64,000 bases of DNA from assembly GCF_023055435.1 (NCBI RefSeq), contig NW_025963779.1, positions 89,838,001 through 89,902,000 of the forward strand, given 5' to 3'. Source of the DNA: Haliotis rufescens. Its lineage: Eukaryota. A program made the translations under genes and the position numbers. Numbering within the stretch: the first letter of the stretch is position 1; each line of letters starts with the position of its first letter. Under the pieces are notes generated by a model that saw only the letters and a list, made by a program, of their open reading frames with translations, searched no databases and was not told where the DNA came from. Positions 12,301 through 21,200 of this stretch are shown one piece after another.

Positions 12301-15300
12301 ACCTCATGCTTGTCGTAAGAACTGACGAAAATGGGGATCGGGTGGTCATGCTCGTTGGTTGATTGTTCACCGTTCCGTGATGGAACGTTTGTTTTTGTAT
12401 GGCCCAGACTCGATTATTTATAGGCCACTGAATAAACAATATTGCTGATTGCGGCGTTGAGCAGCATTTATTCGCTCATTGACTTAACCTGTGGATCAGT
12501 AGGTTACCTCGCCGTCATATGGCTGAAATTATGCCAAAGCGGCGTGAAACCCAACTCCCACACTTCTGAAGGCAGTCATCGGGTGGGCCTCCAAGCGCTG
12601 CTTAATCTTAAGATGAGGCTTGCGTTTTCGCGATATTTAAGGGCAAGTAAATCTTAAATGGTAGTTAACATCAGTGACGTGTGCAGAATGAGACTTTCAT
12701 TGTGACATTTAAAGGTCACGTGGTACTTTAGGTCGTCCGGCTTTTAAGTATCACTCGATGGTTTTCTTTTTCAACTGGTCTGCTGAATGGTTATTGTCAA
12801 AGTTGTTTTTTTCCAGATGTTACGATAGTTAAATCCTACGAGATTAACACAACATGTGGAACTAAAGCTGAAATCCCCGATGAAACAACGGCGCCTCCTC
12901 TGTTGCCAGGGTCACCGATAGAGATTCAGAACAGAATAGGAAGTAAGATACAACAGCTAGTATAAAGTTTATTTTGTTGGACCGGAAACCAGTCTTTGGG
13001 GTGATAAAGCTGTGAACAGTTGAACTATTAACGAAAGACATTATCCCGTAACAATAACTGATGATCCGGAAATTTGATTTGTTAATCGGGACAGTTTTAC
13101 CGGGAACATCATCAGTCCAGAGTAAAGGGGTTTCACTGTACTCGGTGTACAATGTTAATTGTAGCAGATGGTGTATTTTTTGGTTTGTTGTATCTGAACA
13201 GTGTAAATTTATATATTTTCCTTCTCAGTTAGTGAATTCTCTTGTGGAAACATTTTTTTGCCAAAATATTTATATGTGTTAAATCTTATGTGTCAATCGA
13301 GATTGTCTGATTTACTAAAAAAAGCACATTGTATTTCAGGCGTGAACGACATGCCACCTCTTCCATCGCAGAAGGTTCGTTCTTTCCAGTCAAAGAATTA
13401 GCGTTTCAAATTGAAACAAAAACTACCAATATATTATTCTTTGAAGACGCGTCTTTCCATATAGTGAAGTTAATCTAGGGCGCATTGCAAGCCACGAATC
13501 GCTTTGAGTAAGCAAATTAATCGCTCATCCCGGGGTCTGCAACAGTTCGAAACGCTTTGTCACTCTTCCAAAATGGCGGCGCAACTACCACTTGGTTGCC
13601 TTGCCGTAATGAAGAACGTAATAGAAGAGGCTTGATGACGAACTGATGAAATTTATGACCACTTTGAAGTTGTGGCAGCTGCCTTTGCCCATTTCCCAGT
13701 TGATCGAGTCAAGAATTTCTTGTTCCACTTTTTTTTTGGTGTGAGAACGAAGCGACCTGTCAGCGATTGGCATGATTGCAAGCGGCTGAAAGTTAGCGTC
13801 CCGTTGTGAGGCGAATCGCTGTACATTGCTTGCAAGCGATTGGCGCTTTGCAACGCACCCCCAATTAAGGAAATGTTTTACTTTGTCGATACTTTTTTAA
13901 CTCTAAACAAATTTTTGCATATGATCCACATAAGGGTTGAATAACCCCAATATTTGCCTCTGTGACTCTCAGTGCTATCAACCCAAGCTTGCCGTAAAAG
14001 GCGACTATGCTTGTCGTAGGAGGCGACTAAAGGAATCAGGTGGTCAGGCTAGCTGACTTGGTTGATGCATGTCATCGTATCCAATTGCGTGGATCGATGC
14101 TCATTATGTCAGTATCTGGATTGTCTGGTCCAGACTCGATTATTTACAAACCACTGTCTTATAGCTGGAATATTGCTGAGTGCGGCGTTGAACAACAAAC
14201 AAACAAAGGTTTATCTTGTCTCCATTTTATTTTAGATGCAGGAGACGACGGGCTGCCCTGCTTGTATTAACGAGAAACCAGAAGATTTTGATCAATTAAT
14301 TTGTCAGTCAAGAGCAAGTAAGTGTGCAGTAAAACTATTCCTTCCCATGAGCTTTACGAAACATCAAAGAAAATACCTTCAACCTTTCGTTACATTTTCA
14401 AATAAAATATATCATACATGCCAAATTTAACAGCATCTAAACCCATATTATTCTTTGGCCCTCGTCTAATATGGTCAATTATATTGATTGGTCTATAACA
14501 TCTTAATAGTGCCTCTACAGTAAACGTTCCCTCCAGTGAATTGGTATTGTAAAAGAAGAATATTCAACTTCACCTTGATGAACCACTTGCACGGTGGGAC
14601 ACCCTGTTGTTCCGTGAGGCATTTTCTTGACTATGTCGGCAAGTGTTCCTTCGTGAGAGATTGGGGCTGAGAACAAAGGCCCCAAGCAACCTGTCCTTGC
14701 CGAAAGAGTCGACTGAATTGATCGGATGGTCCGGCTCCGTGACCTCGATTCATGTCATCATATCCCAGATGCGTGGATCGATGCTCACGATGTCAATCAC
14801 TGGATTGTCTGACCAATATGATTATTAACGGGCCATAGCCATATAGACAGAATATTTCTGTGCAGCTTTAAACAACAAACAAATCTTCGTGTGACTTATT
14901 GTATAGAGTTTTGCAATGACTTTTTTCTTCCTCTCCAGTTTATAAAGTTCAAGCAGGTCGAAATGGTAGAGCTTCCATGAAAATCAAAGCTGATCTCAGA
15001 ACTAGACGAAAGAAAAAAATAGACAAATTTGCAAGTTTCACTTTGGGGTCAGAGTGCCAGTGTGACCTTCTCAACCCTCCGAGTAAGTAGACACATCTTC
15101 ATGTCATCATGTGCCAAGATTCGTTGCTTGTGGGTTTGCCATTAGTATGATTGGTTTGTCTTTGCTTGAAAATATTTACAAATTGCGATATTTGAGAATT
15201 TCCTTCACATCGTAAATTAGCGAAAGTAAATCCTGTGTGTCTTTGGGGGGGGGGGGGGGGGGTAGGCCTGGCGGCTGTGTAGCTTAGTGGTGGAACACTG

Positions 15301-16564
15301 GGTACAAAACCCACAATGTCGCACCTGTTCTGTTTATTATTATTGCTGGAATACTGATAAAATTGGGGTACAACTACACTAATCTATTTTTAAGCGTATA
15401 TTTGTTTTTAACTAATGTTTCAAATCTGGTATGTGCAGATGAAAAGAAAAGAGGTAAGTTTGTTTTGTTATATCTGGTTTTGCTTCATATGAGATGTTGC
15501 TTTACTGTCCAGTATGTCCGTCAGTCCGTCAGTCGGGTGCACTCTACACTTGTCTCTGGATGTTTTCTAATGATGTCTGTGAAAATAGGTTTTCTACAGA
15601 ATTACAACAAACCATTCAATTTCTTTATTCTTTCAGACATAATGCTTGCTAACTGTAGTTTTGTTAAAGCTTTTCTTAGCATCATATCCACACAATAAGG
15701 AGGGAAAGACCTCATCTGTTTGTTTTCAAACCTTTGTTGATAATATCATGATTAAAGTAAATAAAGTACCATAAAATTGCTATACTGTGTAAACATGAAA
15801 CAAAATAGATTCACAAACTTTCGTGTTGGCATACATTAATACCAATACAACTACAATGCGATTTTGTAGGGGGCTCATAATCCTATATCATAACACTCAT
15901 AAACAGAAGTTACTTACAAATACTTGTCAAAAGTAATGTTCTTCTTGCTTGAAATCTCTATCTCCAGTTTCTTGAATATAGTCATATTTTGTAAGTACAA
16001 TATGCGTACGTCTATACTAACATGCCACAGAGAACTAGAACTGTGCCATCATATATCTCACCAAACTGGAACTAGCGGCCTATCCCATTAAGCCAATAAT
16101 GAACTCGTACTTAACTTGGTGTATGCATGTAATCTTGATTAAATCTATATAAAATATGAACTGAATTTCACCAAACAATATATATTCACGTTCACTGCAC
16201 GCTACTGGGTTCTATGGTCAATCTTGATGTTTGCACCAACAAAGTGTTTTTTTGTCATCATTCTACTAGACAACTAAAAACCTACACTGAGTGATGTCAT
16301 CTTTCATACAAACACTTGCCACAAAACACATGGCATATCAGTCTTTCTGCAAAGCCTGTTATAACTGTCGACTTATTTTCTCCAGTGCGCCGTCTGTTGA
16401 TTCTGTCCAACCGGGAGCAGTCATTGGTGCAGAGTGTCGATCCAGGGAGTGTTGGTCACGTGATTCACCTGGGCTCCAGTACCATTATTATTAACCTGGA
16501 CCGGAACCGGAAACTGGAGAAAGAGACCCGGAAGAAGGCCCGAAGTTGCAATCGCAGATCGTAG
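187..16564 (+). CDS. Alpha-2-macroglobulin-like thioester-containing protein (3' part; 5' exons lie upstream of the window) with C-terminal NTR-like domain
   Basis: 21 exons joined in consistent phase (2867 nt = 2 nt + 955 codons incl. stop): 187-331, 799-1027, 2425-2574, 2778-2873, 3037-3088, 3447-3533, 5032-5208, 6054-6382, 6921-7086, 7795-8009, 9285-9503, 10164-10297, 11098-11191, 11526-11609, 12147-12255, 12817-12942, 13340-13374, 14236-14317, 14939-15082, 15439-15453, 16386-16564. Motifs: RSYFPETWLW, FQPFFLSIHLPYAAVRGE, CLCGG, GCGEQ, DGSFSAFG, STWLTAFVVKSFAQA, EIEMTSY, GGFASTQDT, KPAEIQAYQYYE. Confidence 0.93.
799..1027 (+). CDS. A2M-like exon (MG6/MG7)
   Basis: ttgcag| ... TAT|gtaagt; PHTITRW...FQPFFLSIHLPYAAVRGERLPLHVTIFNYLEKCLY. 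Confidence 0.92.
1006..1922 (+). repeat. 42-bp minisatellite, 22 copies, made of exon end + splice donor
   Basis: CTACCTAGAGAAATGTCTGTAT|GTAAGTATTGTGGAGGCTGA; donor positions 1028+42n up to 1910. Confidence 0.97.
2425..2574 (+). CDS. A2M-like exon (MG7)
   Basis: ttacag| ... AGG|gtgagt; MQVNV...FCLCGGKSKT...GKLPIVAR. Confidence 0.88.
2778..2873 (+). CDS. A2M-like exon with GC donor
   Basis: ttttag| AEIVPGTCDNNIEPDTEYIGLSDAVKRELFVK |gcaagt; supplies the D.V.K.LLV segment expected before (P/V)EG. Confidence 0.85.
3037..3088 (+). CDS. A2M-like exon
   Basis: tcgcag| VEGVTQEYTKSLYICPK |gtaaca. Confidence 0.88.
3151..3325. mobile_element. 175-bp Tc1/mariner-pogo-type MITE
   Basis: TA|CAGTAAACTACGGTTATAACGAAC ... 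GTTCGTTATAACCGTACTTTACTG|TA. Confidence 0.9.
3447..3533 (+). CDS. A2M-like exon (CUB, first part)
   Basis: ttgtag| DSDVTREEVELPLPDDIVRDSARGHVSVI |gtaggt. Confidence 0.9.
5032..5208 (+). CDS. A2M-like thioester exon (GCGEQ at 5088-5102)
   Basis: [41 protein letters not shown]/GT boundaries. Confidence 0.96.
5225..5480. mobile_element. Non-autonomous DNA element (hAT-like), second copy at ~33660-33960
   Basis: GTATCGCGATATGCATATTTAC...ATTTCAGAGCAGGTT...TAGTAGTGAA shared by both copies. Confidence 0.55.
6054..6382 (+). CDS. A2M-like exon (thioester domain)
   Basis: GYTRELNYRHDDGSFSAFG...STWLTAFVVKSFAQA...GCFREVGKVFSSYMMGG...LTAFVVVALLEA. Confidence 0.95.
6421..6588 (-). mobile_element. tRNA-derived SINE family A, full length
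   Basis: minus strand: box A TAGCCTAGTGG, box B GGTTCGATTCC, tail GCTGGAATATTGCTAAAAGCGGCGTAAAAC + (TCAC)n; further pieces near 3588-3650, 28712-28812, 43400-43525, 45735-45803. Confidence 0.88.
6921..7086 (+). CDS. A2M-like exon (thioester domain)
   Basis: DPVLMAALRCL...DTYTLTLTAYAQTL; gtgcag| ... |gtaggt. Confidence 0.9.
7218..7392. mobile_element. 175-bp MITE, same family as 3151-3325, opposite orientation
   Basis: same TIRs and TA duplication; internal sequence is the reverse complement of the first copy. Confidence 0.9.
7795..8009 (+). CDS. A2M-like exon (thioester domain end)
   Basis: SAEIEMTSYGLMA...WLSQQRNSLGGFASTQ |gtaggc. Confidence 0.93.
7998..8805 (+). repeat. 21-bp minisatellite, ~38 copies, made of exon end + splice donor
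   Basis: CATCTACACAG|GTAGGTTTCA and GTATGCATTG variants. Confidence 0.97.
9285..9503 (+). CDS. A2M-like exon (CUB, second part)
   Basis: DTVLGLQAMAEF...LLLQR...GTGCALIQ. Confidence 0.92.
9735..10061 (-). mobile_element. tRNA-derived SINE family D (MetaSINE-like central domain)
   Basis: minus strand: TGGTCTAGTGG box A, GGTTCGATCCC box B, GTCATACCAATAGACGTTAAAAGATGGTAC; related fragment 61540-61640. Confidence 0.78.
10164..10297 (+). CDS. A2M-like exon (start of MG8)
   Basis: tttctag| ANVQFNKLP...FNLTVAVRRSRTKRSDCARRSIRICV |gtatgg. Confidence 0.88.
11098..11191 (+). CDS. A2M-like exon (MG8/receptor-binding)
   Basis: SFMGKKDFSAGMSMLTVKMVTAWTPVLNSLKE. Confidence 0.87.
11526..11609 (+). CDS. 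A2M-like exon (MG8)
   Basis: LESVFPILSMKKYENDVKKGLIAFYFDE |gtaagc. Confidence 0.87.
12147..12255 (+). CDS. A2M-like exon (MG8)
   Basis: LDVRKRCFEFELEQDRDVAVSDPKPAEIQAYQYYEK. Confidence 0.9.
12817..12942 (+). CDS. A2M-like exon (end of MG8 + Pro-rich linker)
   Basis: tttccag| DVTIVKSYEINTTCGTKAEIPDETTAPPLLPGSPIEIQNRIG |gtaaga. Confidence 0.82.
13340..13374 (+). CDS. A2M-like short linker exon
   Basis: atttcag| SVNDMPPLPSQK |gttcgt; converts phase 1 to phase 0 as the flanking exons require. Confidence 0.65.
13985..14207 (+). mobile_element. SINE-like family C (possibly Nin/Deu-domain type)
   Basis: TGCTTGTCGTA(A/G)GAGGCGACTAA core, GCTGGAATATTGCTGAGTGCGGCGTT tail + (AAAC)n; copies near 7530-7640, 10700-10870(-), 12305-12470, 14720-14882, 34745-34840. 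Confidence 0.75.
14236..14317 (+). CDS. NTR-like domain exon 1
   Basis: ttttag| MQETTGCPACINEKPEDFDQLICQSRA |gtaagt. Confidence 0.8.
14939..15082 (+). CDS. NTR-like domain exon 2
   Basis: long pyrimidine tract + ccag| IYKVQAG...GSECQCDLLNPP |gtaagt; open in the required phase. Confidence 0.8.
15439..15453 (+). CDS. 15-nt microexon (NEKKR)
   Basis: actaat branch-like motif at ~15411, gtgcag|ATGAAAAGAAAAGAG|gtaagt, phase 1-1. Confidence 0.6.
16386..16564 (+). CDS. Terminal exon, NTR-like domain C-terminus
   Basis: ttttctccag| VRRLLILSNREQ...STIIINLDRNRKLEKETRKKARSCNRRS*; AATAAA at 16833. Confidence 0.8.
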
Positions 16565-18116
16565 AAACTAAATCATCCCTGCTTTATACATAACATTGTT
16601 GGTTGAATGTCCGGGATGTCCGCTTTGTAAGTCAGCTGCTATCTATTGAAGATTATCACCAGTGTGCATTGATGCTGTGCATCTTCTTTGGGTAGTGAAG
16701 GGATGGTTTAAGAACTAAGTCACCATCATCTTTAACCCAATCCTGAATCTGGACAATGTCTAACAGCAAACAGACATTTATAGCATTTGAACAGGTAAAT
16801 CGCAAAAGTTAAGAATTCAGACGTTCTGTCTTAATAAACAAAAACAGATCATGTTCTTATTTTCCTATATTGTAAGACTGGAATGTATTGTGTGCAGTTT
16901 CTTGTGTGATATCTTAGGTGATCATTGAAATCAGAAAACTTCATCATTCACAAAGTGATCTTTAGTTCCATGGATCTTCAAAGCAAGAAAACATTATATC
17001 GTTTAACTTACATCAATTTAGTAATTTTGATATCTGTCTGATCTGCTTCAGCAAATAGATAACAGCTTTTCCTTTGCCAGCATAAAAGATCTTATGAAAA
17101 TGTAATCCTGCCATATTTGAATTTTAGGGCATTGTTGAAATACTTATTATCATCAAATATTATTAATATTCACATAAATTGTAGATTTGGTGATGAGAAG
17201 TCATTGTTGATATGACAGAAATTACAGTTTGTGTTTTAATTTGAATTTACATTCATACTCTTATTCCAAAATACCATTCCATTTCATCTACCACCTCCTT
17301 GTACATAGACTGTTTGATCTTTTTGACTCTAGTTTAGTGGCCAGTAGTTGAATTGTTATCGTTGTTTGGTATTACATGTATCTTATATTCATAGTAAAAA
17401 TATAGTTATGTGATTATGACGTATGTATATAATATATTATTAGTACACAACATATAATGGTGCAGTCCTTGCATTGTTCACCTTGCATACATCGAGTTAT
17501 TTGTACTTTTCTATTATTTCGTTGCACTATGTTGGTCGAGCTTAAATTTGAATTTGAAAAGTTTTGACAGTTTGGAGAGATGTAACCATGGTAACCTAAT
17601 GTCAACACTATGTGTACCTGTCATTCAAATTAATGAAAATAGGACTCATATTGACTTTATGAAAAAGAGCTACATTTATCAAAGCTGATCACTGGTTGAA
17701 TGACTAGAATCTCTGAGTGAATGAGTTAACTTGGTGAACCAGAGCATCATCTGAAAAAATATCAATAACTATATTTAAAGGATGATTTGTTTCTCTTCGA
17801 AACACGGAAGATACTGTGCTGACTGAGAGATGTTTCTTCTCGTACCTGGCAATGTGGTGGACAGCAGTGATCAGGTTTGATACAAAGATAATACCAAACA
17901 CACCTGGTTGTTTTACATGTATTACCTTCAGTGTCTCCATACATGAAATAAACAAATATTATTCCACTCTTGTGTTGTTGGTCTTGTTGGTGCCTTGATT
18001 CAAGATAATTCCTACAGTCAAACACTGTGATAAGTTCGAGGAATTCTGTTATGACAAGATATTCACAAATTTATGTTTCGTCAACAATTCAATATGTCCA
18101 TGGTTGGCTGTCATCG

Positions 18117-18242
18117 TCATGTATTCTGATCTGCAAAAATGAGTTCCAAGGCAGCCTGGATGTCTCCGCCTGTGGCATCCAGGGCTCTGCGGGCCAGGTT
18201 GTCGTCAGTGATGCCCATGTCCCGCAGTTGCTGCATCTGGGC
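18117..18242 (-). CDS. UBL7: UBL7 exon 10 (UBA domain, stop)
   Basis: AQMQQLRDMGITDDNLARRALDATGGDIQAALELIFADQNT*. Confidence 0.95.
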   Translation of the reverse strand, partial: AQMQQLRDMGITDDNLARRALDATGGDIQAALELIFADQNT

Positions 18243-21200
18243 CTGGCAACAAAACAACATACATACCGCATTAGTCCGTGTTCATACACTTGTCTGTGAG
18301 ACAGAAACTTATGACTTGCAAGAAGTCGGAAAATACTATTGAACCTTTACCTCATGATGAGCAGCTTTGTTGATTGAGTACCATTTAGATAAATACCAAC
18401 AGCTGATCAAGGCTAACCTTACACTTAAACACAAACTAAGGGATGCAACTCTGCACTTTGCAGTCCAGTTTGCTTTTGTGTGATGTTTAATGTATTCCAG
18501 ATATATCACGGCGGTCTGTAAATAATCAACTCTGGACCAGACAATCCAGTGAGTGACATCATGAGCATCGATCCATGCAATTGGGATACAATGACATGCA
18601 TCAACCAAGTCAGCAAGCCTGACCACCCAATCCTGTGAGTCTCCTTCTACGACAATCATAGTCGCCTTTTACGACAAGCATGGGTTGCTGAAGACCTATT
18701 CTACCCAGGATCTTCATGGTTCTATTCATCAAATGAGTAAACCATACTGTCTTGGTAAGATGACCCAATCAACCAAGTCACTGAGCCTGACCAGTGGATT
18801 CATAAAAGCATCTCTAACGAGAATTCGAACCCCGAATTTGCATTTAAAACATATAAATATTAAAGGCTGAGTACTTCACCTGACTGGTGAAGACATTTTA
18901 CCCCACACCATACAAACATCTATGGTGAGTTAAACAAAAATGGTGTAAAAAGAATCTGGGAAAAAGAAAAGAACAAGTATCTTCACAGCATCGTTTATGA
19001 CAATGATATTGAGTGCTAACTGTGATGCCTTGAGCAATCTTTGATCTATTCTCGGTCATTTCAGTCACACAAAAGTTTAAACCCTGTGCACATTCTAAAC
19101 TTTTTGTAAAATTTGATGTCTTTTTAGATGTTAAAATCAAAAGAATTCCAATAAATTCACAATGACTTGAACAAGATAAAATTTCTTCATAAGAAGTAAC
19201 CTGCATGCCAAGTTTCAGCTTCATTAGGGTAACTGACACACTAGTCAAATTGTCCAAAATGCTGACCCATCTGTCGTCTCTTTGGGCCTTCTTGAACACA
19301 TGTTGAACCTTTTCTCCAAAACCAACATGTGTAAGATGGTGAAACTTTGCATGGACCATCCTACTAACCTCCTAATATTGCTTGAAACATTTCATTTTAA
19401 GTCAAATTTGGTTTCCATGGCAACCACACGTGAAACCTACTTTTTGCCATTGATCCCCAAATGTATGCAGACGATCAGATGCAGCTTGGTGGCAGCCTAG
19501 TGTGCGTTGGGGTCACAGAGATGGCTTTCCAATTTGCACCTGCATTAATTTTTATTGACCATGTTCATCATGTACACTTTGGTTGCGCCAACTATTATGG
19601 TTGAATCAAGGTCATAATTAACATTATCATTAAAAATGGAACAGATGTGATAGGCCCCACTAGTAGTGAGTGAGTGAGTTGGGTTTAATGCAACTTTTAA
19701 CAGTATTCCAGTTATATCACGGCGTGTCAGCTTAATGTTGGAGTAAGGCCTGAAGTGATTGATGCAGGTCTGAGATGTTTACCACTTCAGTGAAACCCAC
19801 GAGCACGGGTATGGTGCTGACAAACCTAGAAACATAATCGGGCTGAACCGGGATTCGAACCCACAATCATAGGTTTCTGGCGTGCCCAAGGGACACAACT
19901 CTGCACAGCGAATTGCGGCGCCTTGGACTACTGGGCCACCCGTGCCCCACCCCACTACTAACTACACCAATACCACATTTCAATACATTTTGAAAAAAAG
20001 ATGACCAATTATTAGCCAAAATTGGATTGGTATTCTGAGGGCACTTTTTAGAGACACAATAGCTGAGATCATTTATGCAACGTTTCAGCTTCACAGGCCG
20101 TGTAGTTTCAGAGGCGATATCTAACATTGAACAAGAGTCATCCGAAGATGACATATCCCCCCGGTGTGGTATGTCGGTAAAGTGTGTGTACCTTCAAATG
20201 TATTTAGATTGGCAAGGAAATCTTTTTCCTTGATGCCAAAACCAGAAATATAATGAAGGTTATTAAATATTGGTTCATGTAGCTCACTTTCTGATGATCT
20301 TATTGTAATAACAATAACTTCGCAGATTCGCATATGAATAGCTCTGTAGTAGCCTCATGACACAAAGGCATAAAGAGAATGTACTAGATTATGTAGCTCA
20401 CATCATATATAGTATATGATATCAGTAAATAGTACACCTTAGAATAATATGTCAGGGGCTACAAATTAAAAAGATTAAAATCTATAAATAACAAACTGCA
20501 CTACTAGTGAACATGATTGACATGTGCATAAAGTTTGATGAATCTCTGTCGCATGGTTCAGAAGATATGCTCCAGACGAGGACATTACCCTAAGTTCATC
20601 AAATTTCAATTTAAATTGAAAAAAGAAAAAAAAAGAAAAAATCTGTTAATAGCAAAGGCACCACTACATAACCTGCTTGATAGGTGTCAAAACTTTTGAG
20701 AAGCTAGGTTCTACGGTTTAGGAAATATGCTCCAGACAAGAGCACTACCCTCAAATTTCCTAAGTTCATTATATTTCCATGGAAACGACAAAAATAAAAA
20801 ATTCTAAAAATCTCTAAATAGCAAAAGGCACTACTACTGAGCCTGATTGGTAAGTGTACAAAGTTTTGTGCAGCTAGGTTGTACGGTTTAGGAAATATGC
20901 TCCGGACAAACAATGATTACAGACGGACAGACGGACAGACAGACAGACGGTAGGACGGACGGACGGACTGACATACTGATGGCTATATCCCCCCGTCATT
21001 ATATGTCGGGGGGATAAAAATGGCATTGTCATGGAACTGAGAGAAATTTGTACAGACAACATAGCTGGGATCATTCAAACAAAGTTTCAGCTCCATAGTA
21101 AAAACGGGGTACCTGAAGGTCAAAGGGGAGGGGAGAGAGAGAGAGGAGTCCAGACCCCCGGTCCCCCCCCAACCTCTGGATTTACCTATGACCATAGCAG

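Noticed and set aside
13476-13862. Possible Harbinger-like MITE with coding remnant
   Set aside because: Only imperfect terminal inverted similarity and no recognisable protein motif; too weak to call
187-16564. Calling the thioester gene C3 or CD109
   Set aside because: No catalytic His and A2M-type motifs argue against C3; the basic, non-hydrophobic C-terminus argues against GPI-anchored CD109. No symbol assigned without a phylogeny
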